From NCBI GenBank assembly GCA_963776245.1, contig CAVZLN010000003.1, forward strand, positions 320,001 through 384,000: DNA of 64,000 nucleotides, given 5' to 3'. A program made the translations under genes and the position numbers. Positions 34,240 to 43,201 of this stretch are shown here, one piece after another. This DNA comes from Candidatus Eiseniibacteriota bacterium. GTDB taxonomy: Bacteria; Eisenbacteria; RBG-16-71-46. Below the pieces are notes generated by a model. That model did no database searches. It saw only the letters and a program-made list of their open reading frames with translations, and was not told the origin of the DNA. The first letter of the stretch is position 1. The number at the start of each line of letters is the position of its first letter.

Positions 34240-35481
34240 ATGCGGAGGCTACCCTTGCGACGCGATCTCGATCGACTGATGCACGAACGCGGCCTCGCCG
34301 GCCTGGTGGTGCTCGCGCACGACCGCTACAGCCCGGCGATGCACTACACCACCGGACAACGGGTCTTCCACGGCATCTACTTCCGCGCCGCCGACGGCGG
34401 CGCGCATCTGATCCACGACCCGATGGAGCGCGATCAGGCGGCGCGCGTGGGCTGCGAGATCTCCGGCTATCCGCAGCACGGCTTCGTCGCACTGGCGGAG
34501 CAGGAGGGCGGGCAGGCGCGCGCGATCGGCCGGCTCATCGGCGAGACCTGCGCCTCGCTCGGCATGCGCGGCGCGGTGGCGATGTTCGGCGAGACCGGGC
34601 TCTCGACCGCGTGGCAGATCGTCGGCCGCGCGCTCGAGGTGAATCCCGAACTGAGACTCGACGCCACGCAGCCCGACGTGCTCTCGCTCGCGCGTGCCAC
34701 CAAGGACGATGACGAGATCGAGGCCATCCGCCGGGCATCGGTGGGCACCGTGAAGGCGATGCAGGCGGTGCGCGACCAGCTCGCTTCGCTGACGCGCGAC
34801 GGCGACGCGTTCCGCGCCCCCGGCATCACGGGGCCGGTGAAGCTCGGGGACCTGCGCCGCACCGTCCACCGCGTGTTCGCGGAGCACCGGCTCGCCGAGG
34901 ACGGCGAGAGCATCATCGCGCAGGGGCGGGATGCCGGCGTGCCGCACAATCGCGGCGATGACGATGCCCCGGTGCGGGCGGGCCAGTCGATCATCGTCGA
35001 CCTGTTCCCCGGCGAGGCCGGCGGCGGATACCACAGCGACATGACGCGCACCTTCTGCGTCGGCAAGGCGCCCGACCCGCTCCGGCGCATCCACGACGAG
35101 GTGCTCGGCGCGTACCACGCCGCGATGGCCGCCTACCGGGTCGGCGAGCGATGCCGCGCCTACCAGGACCTGGTCTGCGAGCGCTTCGAGAAGGCCGGTC
35201 ACGCGACGCGCCGCACCAACGACGCGGTGAGCGAGGGCTACGTGCACAACCTCGGCCACGGCATCGGCCTCTCGGTGCACGAGTCCCCGCTGCTCGGCGG
35301 CGCCGCCTCCAACCCCCAGATCGTCGAGGACCGCATGGCGATCACGGTCGAGCCGGGCCTCTACTACCCCTCGCGCGGCATGGGCGTGCGGATCGAGGAC
35401 CTGATCATCGCGCGCGCGGACGGGAAGCACGAGAACCTCACGCCGTTCCCGTACGACCTCGAGATCGAGCCGCGCGGGTGA
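34240..35481 (+). CDS. M24-family Xaa-Pro peptidase
   Basis: 'GVPH', 'IVDLFP', 'YHSDMTRTF', 'HNLGHGIGL.VHE.P', 'TVEPGLY', 'GVRIED'. Start uncertain. Confidence 0.9.
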   Translation: MRRLPLRRDLDRLMHERGLAGLVVLAHDRYSPAMHYTTGQRVFHGIYFRAADGGAHLIHDPMERDQAARVGCEISGYPQHGFVALAEQEGGQARAIGRLIGETCASLGMRGAVAMFGETGLSTAWQIVGRALEVNPELRLDATQPDVLSLARATKDDDEIEAIRRASVGTVKAMQAVRDQLASLTRDGDAFRAPGITGPVKLGDLRRTVHRVFAEHRLAEDGESIIAQGRDAGVPHNRGDDDAPVRAGQSIIVDLFPGEAGGGYHSDMTRTFCVGKAPDPLRRIHDEVLGAYHAAMAAYRVGERCRAYQDLVCERFEKAGHATRRTNDAVSEGYVHNLGHGIGLSVHESPLLGGAASNPQIVEDRMAITVEPGLYYPSRGMGVRIEDLIIARADGKHENLTPFPYDLEIEPRG

Positions 35482-36599
35482 GACGCTCGCATGAGGTCGT
35501 GAATCCCCCGCGCGCGGAGCGCGCCGTGCTCGTGGGCCACGCCTTCCGCGAGGGCGCCGGGCTGGCGCGCTCCATGGAGGAGCTCGCGCGCCTCGCCGAC
35601 ACCGCGGGCGCCAAGGTGAAGGGCACGCTGACGCAGAATCGCGGACGGTTCCACTCCGCGACCTTCATCGGCAAGGGCAAACTGGAGGAGCTCAAGGCCC
35701 TGGTGGCCGACACCGAGTCGGACGTCGCGATCTTCAACGATGACCTCGCGCCGCCCCAGGTGCGCAATCTCGAGAAGGCGCTCGGGGTGAAGGTGGTGGA
35801 CCGCTCCGAGATCATCCTCGACATCTTCGCCCGGCGCGCCCGCACCCGCGAGTCGCGCCTGCAAGTGGAACTGGCCCAGCTCGAGTACACGCTGCCGCGC
35901 CTCACTGGCATGTGGAAGCACCTCGAGCGCCAGGCCGGCGGCATCGGCACCCGCGGGCCGGGCGAGACCCAGCTCGAGACCGACCGCCGGCTGGTGCGCG
36001 AGCGCATCGCACGGCTGAAGCGCGCGCTCGAGGCGGTGGAGCGCGAGCGCGAGACCCAGCGCCGTTCGCGCCGCCGCGAGTTCCGCGCCGCGCTGGTGGG
36101 GTACACCAATGCGGGCAAGAGCACGCTCTTCAACCGCCTCACGCGCGCGCAGGTGTTCGTCGAGGACCGGCTGTTCGCCACCCTCGACGCGACCACCCGC
36201 CAGATGGTGAGCCCCGACCGCCGCCGCGTGCTGCTCACCGACACGGTGGGGTTCATCCGCAAGCTCCCGCACCATCTGGTCGCGTCATTCCACAGCACGC
36301 TGGTGGAGGCGATCGAGGCCGACCTGCTGCTGCACGTGGTGGATTGCTCCGATCCCGACATGCCGCGCCAGATGCAGGCGGTCGAGAAGGTGCTCGAGGA
36401 CATCCTCGAGTCCCCGCGCCCGACCACGCTGGTGTTCAACAAGGCGGACCTGCTCCACGACCCCGACTCCGAAGCCGGCCTGCGCGCCCGCTTCCCCGGC
36501 GCGTTCCTGGTCTCGGCGCGCACCGGGGACGGACTGGACGGATTGCGCGAAGCGCTCTGGACGCAGTCGGCCGGGCGCGAGGGCGCCCGGACGGGCTGA
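35478..36599 (+). CDS. hflX: GTPase HflX
   Basis: 'ILDIFARRA.T.E..LQVELAQ', 'RGPGETQLETDRR', 'GYTNAGKS', 'LFATLD', 'DTVGFI', 'NKAD'. Confidence 0.95.
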   Translation: MRRSHEVVNPPRAERAVLVGHAFREGAGLARSMEELARLADTAGAKVKGTLTQNRGRFHSATFIGKGKLEELKALVADTESDVAIFNDDLAPPQVRNLEKALGVKVVDRSEIILDIFARRARTRESRLQVELAQLEYTLPRLTGMWKHLERQAGGIGTRGPGETQLETDRRLVRERIARLKRALEAVERERETQRRSRRREFRAALVGYTNAGKSTLFNRLTRAQVFVEDRLFATLDATTRQMVSPDRRRVLLTDTVGFIRKLPHHLVASFHSTLVEAIEADLLLHVVDCSDPDMPRQMQAVEKVLEDILESPRPTTLVFNKADLLHDPDSEAGLRARFPGAFLVSARTGDGLDGLREALWTQSAGREGARTG

Positions 36600-36664
36600 C
36601 CCGCGGCGGCTCCCGGCGGGCCGGTTTCGCGGCGGAGCGCGGACCGCGCTATGCTGCCCGGCCG

Positions 36665-37114
36665 ATGACCTCCACCGCCCATCTCCTCGAGTTCGCCCTC
36701 GATCTCGCCGTGCCTCGGGCACGGGTGTGGTCCGCGCTCACCGAGGCGCGGCACCTCGAGCGCTGGTTCTGCGACTTCGCCGAGAGCGAACCGCGACCCG
36801 GCGGGCGCCTGCTCATGGGTTGGACCCGCCCGTGTTCGTCACCCGAGCCCTATGAAGCGACCTGGGTGGCGTTCGACCCGCCGCACGCGTGCGCGCACGA
36901 GGGCGGGCACTCGGGCTATCCGGATGACTACGCCGGCCGGATCGAGATGGAGCTCGTCCCGCTCGGCGACGGCACCCGGCTGACCGTCCGGCACGCGTTC
37001 CCGCCGCGGCGCGAGTACGAACGCTTCGTGGAGACCTACCACCTGGCCTGGCCCAAGGCACTCGCGAGGCTCGAGCTCCACCTCGCCACGGAGGAGCCCG
37101 CACCCGCGCCATGA
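36665..37114 (+). CDS. SRPBCC/AHA1-like domain protein
   Basis: 'VPRARVWSALT...LERWF...PRPGG...GTRLTVRH...W...LARL'. Confidence 0.8.
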   Translation: MTSTAHLLEFALDLAVPRARVWSALTEARHLERWFCDFAESEPRPGGRLLMGWTRPCSSPEPYEATWVAFDPPHACAHEGGHSGYPDDYAGRIEMELVPLGDGTRLTVRHAFPPRREYERFVETYHLAWPKALARLELHLATEEPAPAP

Positions 37115-37959
37115 CCGACTCCACGCGCCTTCGCACCCTCCGCTTCGGGCACAGTCCCGATGCCGACGACGCCTACATGTTCTACGGGTTCCACACCGGG
37201 CTCGCGACCATCGCGGGATGCCGCGTGGAGCACGTGCTCGAGGACATCCAGAGCCTCAACCGCCGCGCGCTCGAGCGCGCCGACCTCGAGATCACCGCGG
37301 TCTCGGCGCATGCCTACGCCCACCTCGCCGATCGCTACGCCGTGCTGGCGTGCGGCGCGTCGATGGGCTTCGGCTACGGGCCGGTGGTGGTGGCGCGCCG
37401 GGCGTGCCCGCTCTCCGAGCTGCGGGGCAAACGCGTCGCGGTGCCGGGTGCCATGACCACGGCGGCGCTGCTGCTGCGCATCGAGTGCCCGGAGGCGGTG
37501 CCGGTGGACGTGATGTTCGACCGGATCCCGGAGGCGGTGCTGAGCGGCGACTTCGACGCGGGGGTCATCATCCACGAGAGCCAGCTCACCTACCGCGAGG
37601 AAGGCCTTGCCAAGGTGGTGGACTTCGGCGAGCTCTGGCAGGACCGCGATGGGCTGCCGGTGCCGCTCGGACTCGACGTGGTGCGCCGCGACCTCGGGCC
37701 CGAGCTGATGCAGGCGGTCTCCCGGGGCTTCCGCGCCTCGATCCAGGCCGCGCTCGACCACGAGGACGAGGCGCTGGCCTACGCGCTGCGCTTCGGGCGC
37801 GGGCTCGACACCGAACGGGGCGGACGGTTCGTGCACATGTACGTGAACGAACTCACCCTCGAGATGGGCGAGCCCGGGCGCCGCGCGCTCGAGCGGCTCT
37901 ATTCCCTCGCGGTCGGCTGCGGCGCCATCCCGGGGCCCCCGGCGCTCGAGGTGATCTGA
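37111..37959 (+). CDS. mqnD: 1,4-dihydroxy-6-naphthoate synthase (MqnD-type, futalosine pathway)
   Basis: 'GHSPDADDAYMFY', 'DIQSLN', 'PGAMTTA', 'IIHESQ', 'LPVPLG', 'MYVNE'. Confidence 0.85.
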   Translation: MTDSTRLRTLRFGHSPDADDAYMFYGFHTGLATIAGCRVEHVLEDIQSLNRRALERADLEITAVSAHAYAHLADRYAVLACGASMGFGYGPVVVARRACPLSELRGKRVAVPGAMTTAALLLRIECPEAVPVDVMFDRIPEAVLSGDFDAGVIIHESQLTYREEGLAKVVDFGELWQDRDGLPVPLGLDVVRRDLGPELMQAVSRGFRASIQAALDHEDEALAYALRFGRGLDTERGGRFVHMYVNELTLEMGEPGRRALERLYSLAVGCGAIPGPPALEVI

Positions 37960-38026
37960 TCCCGAGCGCGCGCGCGGAGCACCCCCGGAGCCGCGCGATC
38001 CGCGGACCGGCCGCCGGCCGGCGGCG

Positions 38027-38650
38027 TCACCCCGGGGCTTCCCGGAACCCCGCGAGGAAGGTCGCCGGCACGCCGTAGCGGCCTTCGAAGACGGTCTGCT
38101 CGAGCGGGCGGCGGGTCCGCGGTGCGCGCTCCTCGGAGCGCAGGGGCTCGTCGAGCGATTCCGGGTCGCCGGGCCAGCCGAGCGCGGTCACCGTCACCGG
38201 TTCGAGGTCGTCGGGCAGGCCGCACGCCTCGCGCACGCGCGCCGCGTCGAAGCCCCCCATGGGATGGAGCGCCACGCCGAGCGAGGTGGCCTGGACCGCG
38301 AGGGCGCCCCACGCCATGCCCGCGTCGTGCCACGCCCAGGCGTTCGGTCTGCCCTCGGAGCCGCGCACCTTGCGGGCCGCCGTCACCACCAGCACCGCGG
38401 CGTGCCGGGCCCACGACGGATTGCGCCCCGTGAGCGCACCCAGCACGCGCCCGAACCCGGCCCCGTCGTCGCGCCGTGCCACCACGAACCTCCACGGTTG
38501 CTCGTTGCCGCTCGACGCCGACCAGCGCGCGGCCTCGAACAGCGAGGCGAGCGTGGCGTCGTCCAGCGCGTCCGGACCGAAGGCCCGCGCGCTGAAGCGG
38601 CGCTCGATCAGATCGTGGATCGGGAAGCGGACATCCTGGGCCGGCCTCAT
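38027..38650 (-). CDS. Nitroreductase family protein
   Basis: 'RRFSARAF', 'EAARWSASSGNEQPWRF', 'QAT.LG...HPMGGFD'. Confidence 0.9.
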   Translation of the reverse strand: MRPAQDVRFPIHDLIERRFSARAFGPDALDDATLASLFEAARWSASSGNEQPWRFVVARRDDGAGFGRVLGALTGRNPSWARHAAVLVVTAARKVRGSEGRPNAWAWHDAGMAWGALAVQATSLGVALHPMGGFDAARVREACGLPDDLEPVTVTALGWPGDPESLDEPLRSEERAPRTRRPLEQTVFEGRYGVPATFLAGFREAPG

Positions 38651-39111
38651 CACTCCTCCTCGAGCAGGGTCTCGCACAACCGGCCGAGCGCACGCGCCTC
38701 GCGCGCCGTCAGCCGGCGTCCGATCGCGCGCATCGCCGCGGCCATCGCGGGCTGGATGCGCTCCAGCAGGTCGAGCCCCGGGCGCGTGATGCAGGTGATG
38801 GAATGCCGCCGGTCGGACTCCCCCCGCGTGCGCTCCACCAGCCCCTCGCGCTCGAGCCGGTCGATGAGCCGGGTCACGTCGGGCGCGCGCTCGACCAGCC
38901 GGGCGGTGATCTCACCCCGAGGATACCCCTCGGGGTGCCCGCGCAGGATGCGCAGCACGTTGTACTGACCGCGCGTGATGCCGTGCGCGGCACAGACGCG
39001 GTCGAACCGTCCGCGCAGCTCGGCGGCCGCCACCAGCAGGCCGAGCACCGCCTCGTGGGTGGGGTTCTCGAACCGATTCTGTCGCAGGCGGCGCCGCAGC
39101 GGCTCTCCCAT
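38650..39111 (-). CDS. MarR-family transcriptional regulator
   Basis: 'ITRGQYNVLRILRG', 'DVTRLIDRLE..GLVER', 'DRR...IT..G'. Start ATG 39111. Confidence 0.9.
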   Translation of the reverse strand: MGEPLRRRLRQNRFENPTHEAVLGLLVAAAELRGRFDRVCAAHGITRGQYNVLRILRGHPEGYPRGEITARLVERAPDVTRLIDRLEREGLVERTRGESDRRHSITCITRPGLDLLERIQPAMAAAMRAIGRRLTAREARALGRLCETLLEEE

Positions 39112-39224
39112 GTCCCCTTGGATGCCGCGGCGAGGTGGATGTTGCCACACATGTTCTGCGGGCCGGCGGGTCCCGCCGGGGGGCGGGATGGACGCCGCCC
39201 GGCGGCGCCCGCTAAGGTGCAGCC

Positions 39225-40949
39225 ATGGATCACTCTCGCCTTTCGGCCGCGCGGGCGTCGATGGCCGCGGCGCTCGCACTGGCCGCGTGCGCCATGTGGC
39301 TGTTCCACGCCGACGCCTGGGACCTGGGCCGGCGCTCGCCGGTGCTGTCGTTCGACGCCGCCCAGTACGCGGTCGCCGCCCGCGAACTGGCTGAGAGCGG
39401 CCGTCTGGCGACCCCGTTCGCGCTGCCGATCGATGTCGTCCGCCACGCCCAGCCACCCTGGCCGCTGTCGCTGGTCCAGCCGGGACTGGTGGTGGCCGAG
39501 GCGGCCGTGTTCCGGCTGGTGCCGGAACACGCGAGCGCCGGATCGCGGCGGCTGTGGCGCGCGCACCGGCCCGACCAGCGCGAGTGGCTGGTGCTGATCA
39601 TCCCGTTCGTGTGCTTCGTCTCGCTGGCGCTCTCGCTCGGGCTGGCGACCGCGCACCTGCTGGCTCAGGGCGCCCCCGGGACCTCCGACACGGCACGCGC
39701 CGCCGCCGGCGCGGTGGTGGGGCTGGCCTTCGTGCTCGACCCCGAAGCGCAGCACTTCGCGGTCGGCGGATTCACCGAGCTCCCTTTCACCGTCGGGCTC
39801 ACCGCCGCGTTCGCCGGGCTGGCCCTCGGGCGTGCCGCGCGGTTCCCGATCATCTTCGGGCTCCTGCTCGGCGTCACCGGTCTGTTCCGCGGGGCCACGC
39901 TGTGGCTCGCGCCGGTCCTGGCGCTCGGCGCCGCCGCGAGCGCCGAACCGCGCGACCGCGGCCGCGTGCTCGGGCTCTCGCTCGGCGCGTGGGCGCTGGT
40001 GCTCGCGCCGTGGTGGATCTACAAGTGGAGCGTGTTCGGCGACGCCGGGTGGGACCTCTCGCGCTGGTCGCTGTGGGACGGCGTCGGGGGCCGCACGTGG
40101 TTCACGCTCTTCCATACCGCCGACCCTCCGGTGTTCCCGACCGGCGCCGAGGCGGTCCGGTTGCTGGGGCTCAAGCTCGTCCGCAACCTGCCGCGACTCA
40201 CGCTGATGCTCGCGAACGGGCTCGGGGCGTTCTGGATCGGCGCGCTCGCGATCGCGCTCGTCACCGTGCGACTGTCGCGCGCGGCGCGTGTCGCGGGCTG
40301 GACGGTGCTGGGCGTGATCACCGTGAGCCTGGGGGTGGCGGCGCTGAGCGTGCCCTTGTTGCGCTACCTGTTCCCCGCCCGCGTCGCCCTCGAGGCCGCC
40401 GGGTTGCTCGCGTCGTGGGCGCTCGTCGCGCGTTTCGTCGGGCCCGATCCGCATGCCCGGAGGGTCCGCCTGGGGATCGGGCTGGTCGCGGTACTCGCCC
40501 TCGCGTGGGGCGCGTGGCGCACCACGCAGGGGCTCGCGGAGGCCCGCGCGGTGGCAGCCGAGCGCGGCACGCCGAGCACCGAGACGCTGATGCAGATCAC
40601 CGTGCTCATGAACCGGGAGCTCTCGCGGGGCGAGCCGGTGATGAGCAACCTCGGTCCGGTGCTGGCCTGGACCGCGCGCCGCCCGGTGGTGCACCTGGCG
40701 CTCACCCCCGATGAGGTGGAGCCGCTGCGCCGCCATCTCGACGTGCGCCACGTGTTGCTGGTCTTCCGCGATCCGGCGCACGCCTGGCCCGGATGGGCGG
40801 AGATCGTGGAGCGCCCCGCGGAGGCCGAGCACCGGCCGGAGTGGAACGTGCGACGCATGCGACGCTGGCAGACCTCGGACGGCTTCTCGCTGACCTGGCT
40901 CGACCTCGGACCGCTCGCGCCCGGCCTCGCCAGCCGCGTCGCCCCCTGA
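39225..40949 (+). CDS. Polytopic membrane protein, possibly a GT-C (ArnT/GT39-like) glycosyltransferase
   Basis: About 11-13 hydrophobic segments, first-loop 'FDAAQYAVAARELAESG', 'TELPF', 'RYLFP'. Confidence 0.6.
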   Translation: MDHSRLSAARASMAAALALAACAMWLFHADAWDLGRRSPVLSFDAAQYAVAARELAESGRLATPFALPIDVVRHAQPPWPLSLVQPGLVVAEAAVFRLVPEHASAGSRRLWRAHRPDQREWLVLIIPFVCFVSLALSLGLATAHLLAQGAPGTSDTARAAAGAVVGLAFVLDPEAQHFAVGGFTELPFTVGLTAAFAGLALGRAARFPIIFGLLLGVTGLFRGATLWLAPVLALGAAASAEPRDRGRVLGLSLGAWALVLAPWWIYKWSVFGDAGWDLSRWSLWDGVGGRTWFTLFHTADPPVFPTGAEAVRLLGLKLVRNLPRLTLMLANGLGAFWIGALAIALVTVRLSRAARVAGWTVLGVITVSLGVAALSVPLLRYLFPARVALEAAGLLASWALVARFVGPDPHARRVRLGIGLVAVLALAWGAWRTTQGLAEARAVAAERGTPSTETLMQITVLMNRELSRGEPVMSNLGPVLAWTARRPVVHLALTPDEVEPLRRHLDVRHVLLVFRDPAHAWPGWAEIVERPAEAEHRPEWNVRRMRRWQTSDGFSLTWLDLGPLAPGLASRVAP

Positions 40950-40959
40950 GCCGCGCGGC

Positions 40960-42189
40960 TCAGCGCGGCGTGACGAGCGGCAGGCCGCCCGGCCGCGGGT
41001 CGTGGTGCTCCTCGCCCGCGAGCGCGGCCGGGTACTCCGCCGGCACCTCGCGCAGGCTCTCCACGAACAGCGGCACCTCGGCGGCGAGCTCCTTGATCGA
41101 CTCGGGGCCCTCGCCCACGCGCAGCACCTGGTAGTGGGTGTCGCGCTGGGCGGGGGTGAACCCGGACTCGCGGATGAGGGTCTCGATCTCGGCGATCGTG
41201 GTCCGGTTCAGATGCCCGGTGGCGAGATGGACGTTCTCCTCGAACAGCGTGCCGCCGAAGTCGTCGGCGCCGAAATGGAGCGCGATCTGGCCGGTCTTCT
41301 TGCCCTCGCTGAACCAGGTCGCCTGCACGTGGTCGAAGTTGTCGAGGTAGAGCCGGGACGCCGCCAGCACCCGCAGGTACATCGAGGCCCCGGCGATATG
41401 GGGCACTTTGGACTCCATCGGCGTGTTGCCGCGCTTGTACGACCAGGGCACGAAGGCGGTGAAGCCGCGGGTCTCGTCCTGGAGCGCGCGGATGTGATCG
41501 AAGTGCTCCACGATCTCGGCCGGCGTCTCGACGTGCCCGTACATCATGGTCGCGGTCGAGCGCATCCCGGCACGGTGCGCCTCGCGGTGGACGTCGAGCC
41601 AGGCCTCCGGTCCACCCTTCTTGACCGAGATGCGCTTGCGCACCCGCGCGGCGAGGATCTCGGCGCCGCCGCCCGGCAGCGAGGTCTGGCCCGCGGCGCG
41701 AAGCGCCTCGAGCACCCCGCGGACATCCCGTCCGGAGACCTGCGCCATCTGATGGATCTCGGGCGCCGAGAAGAAGTGCGGCGTGATGTGCGGATAGCGG
41801 GCGCGCGCCTCGCGCACGATGGCGGGATAGAACTCCCACGGGATCGACGGGTTGAGCCCGCCCTGCAGCAGCACCGTGGTGGCGCCGACCGCGTCGGCGT
41901 CGGCCATCATGCGCATCACGCCTTCGAGGTCGTACGTGTACGCGTCGGGAGCGTTCGACCCCGGCTTGCGATAGAACGCGCAGAAGTGACAGTCCACCGT
42001 GCAGACGTTGGTGTAGTTCGGATTGGTGTCGATGACGTAGGTGACGAGCCGCGGGTCCGTCCTGCGGGCACGGGCCACCTGCGCGAGGGCGCCCAGCTCG
42101 AGCAGCGGCGCGCGCGTGAGCAGGTACACGCCCTGCTCGGTGGTCAGCCGTTCACCACCGGCGACGCGGGATTCGATGGTCGACCACAA
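40960..42189 (-). CDS. mqnC: Cyclic dehypoxanthinyl futalosine synthase (radical SAM)
   Basis: 'TYVIDTNPNYTNVCTVDCHFCAFYR', 'LLQGG.NP', 'PGGGAEIL', 'STATMMYGH', 'GADDFGGT..EENV'. TTG start with AAGGAG. Confidence 0.88.
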   Translation of the reverse strand: MWSTIESRVAGGERLTTEQGVYLLTRAPLLELGALAQVARARRTDPRLVTYVIDTNPNYTNVCTVDCHFCAFYRKPGSNAPDAYTYDLEGVMRMMADADAVGATTVLLQGGLNPSIPWEFYPAIVREARARYPHITPHFFSAPEIHQMAQVSGRDVRGVLEALRAAGQTSLPGGGAEILAARVRKRISVKKGGPEAWLDVHREAHRAGMRSTATMMYGHVETPAEIVEHFDHIRALQDETRGFTAFVPWSYKRGNTPMESKVPHIAGASMYLRVLAASRLYLDNFDHVQATWFSEGKKTGQIALHFGADDFGGTLFEENVHLATGHLNRTTIAEIETLIRESGFTPAQRDTHYQVLRVGEGPESIKELAAEVPLFVESLREVPAEYPAALAGEEHHDPRPGGLPLVTPR

Positions 42190-42413
42190 GGGGCGGACTC
42201 CTTCAGGACGGGACGGGAGAAGGCGCGCGGAAGCACGATCCGAGGCCGCGAGGATACCCCGCGGCGCGGTGGTCCGTCGAGATTCCGCGGGCACGAGCCG
42301 CCGGAGACCAGGTCGAGGTGGGCCAGGCCCGGAGGGGCGCGTGTGGGTATTAGCACCCCGGAGGGTCTGGCCCACCTCGACCTGGTCCCCGGCGCGCCGC
42401 GACGGCCGGGCCG

Positions 42414-43085
42414 TCAGCGCACGGTGCAGAGACGGTAACCGATCCAGATGAGGATCAGCCCGATGCACTCGAGCACGTAGAGCACCTCGGTGAGGCCCAT
42501 GCGCGAGTACGCCCCCCCGATCCCGGGCAGCACCGCCCCCACCGCGATGAGGGTATTGCCCACCGCGAACCGGCCGGGCGAGCCCCGGCGCAGGTGCTGC
42601 CACACCGATCGCCCCGCGCCACCGATCAGGAAGATCACCGCATACAGGTTCGCGGGCGGGCTGAACAGCCGCACCCACGACCACACCATGACCTTCCCGC
42701 TCAGCCGGTGCGGCTCGACCAGCGTCAGGTCCAGCGGCCCCACGGCGACCAGGATCGAGGCCACCAGCAAGTAGGTCACCACGAGCACGGTCAGCCGGTT
42801 CGCGACGCGTCGTTCGAGGTGGAAGTACACCGAGCCCTGGGCCAGGGACACGCCGCCCAGGAGCGCCCCGGCGACGTACCAGAGCCTGAACATCGCCGGG
42901 CTCCACCCCGCCAGCGTCACCGTGCTCTCGCACAGGGTGCCCAGTCCGTAGATGTAGACGCCGGCCGCCCACCAGCCGAGATACGGCCGCCCCGGCTTCT
43001 CACGGTGGCGGCGGAGCAGGATGGTGCCGAGCACCGCGGAGAGCACGGTGGTGAGGATCGGAACGTAGCGGACGTATTCGATCAA
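42414..43085 (-). CDS. Hypothetical integral membrane protein (about 7 TM)
   Basis: TTG 43085 after GGAGG; alternating hydrophobic helices. Confidence 0.7.
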   Translation of the reverse strand: MIEYVRYVPILTTVLSAVLGTILLRRHREKPGRPYLGWWAAGVYIYGLGTLCESTVTLAGWSPAMFRLWYVAGALLGGVSLAQGSVYFHLERRVANRLTVLVVTYLLVASILVAVGPLDLTLVEPHRLSGKVMVWSWVRLFSPPANLYAVIFLIGGAGRSVWQHLRRGSPGRFAVGNTLIAVGAVLPGIGGAYSRMGLTEVLYVLECIGLILIWIGYRLCTVR

Positions 43086-43201
43086 GGGGCCTCCGGTGGG
43101 CGCGCATCCTACCCCGCGCGCCCCGGACACGTCACGCCCCGCCCCCGCCATCCGTGGCGGAGGGGCATCGTCCAGGGCTCGCGCCCGGGCTCGGACCGAG
43201 G

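Noticed and set aside
39139..39152. ATGT-N6-ACAT possible MarR operator
   Set aside because: Too short and imperfect to support without comparative data.
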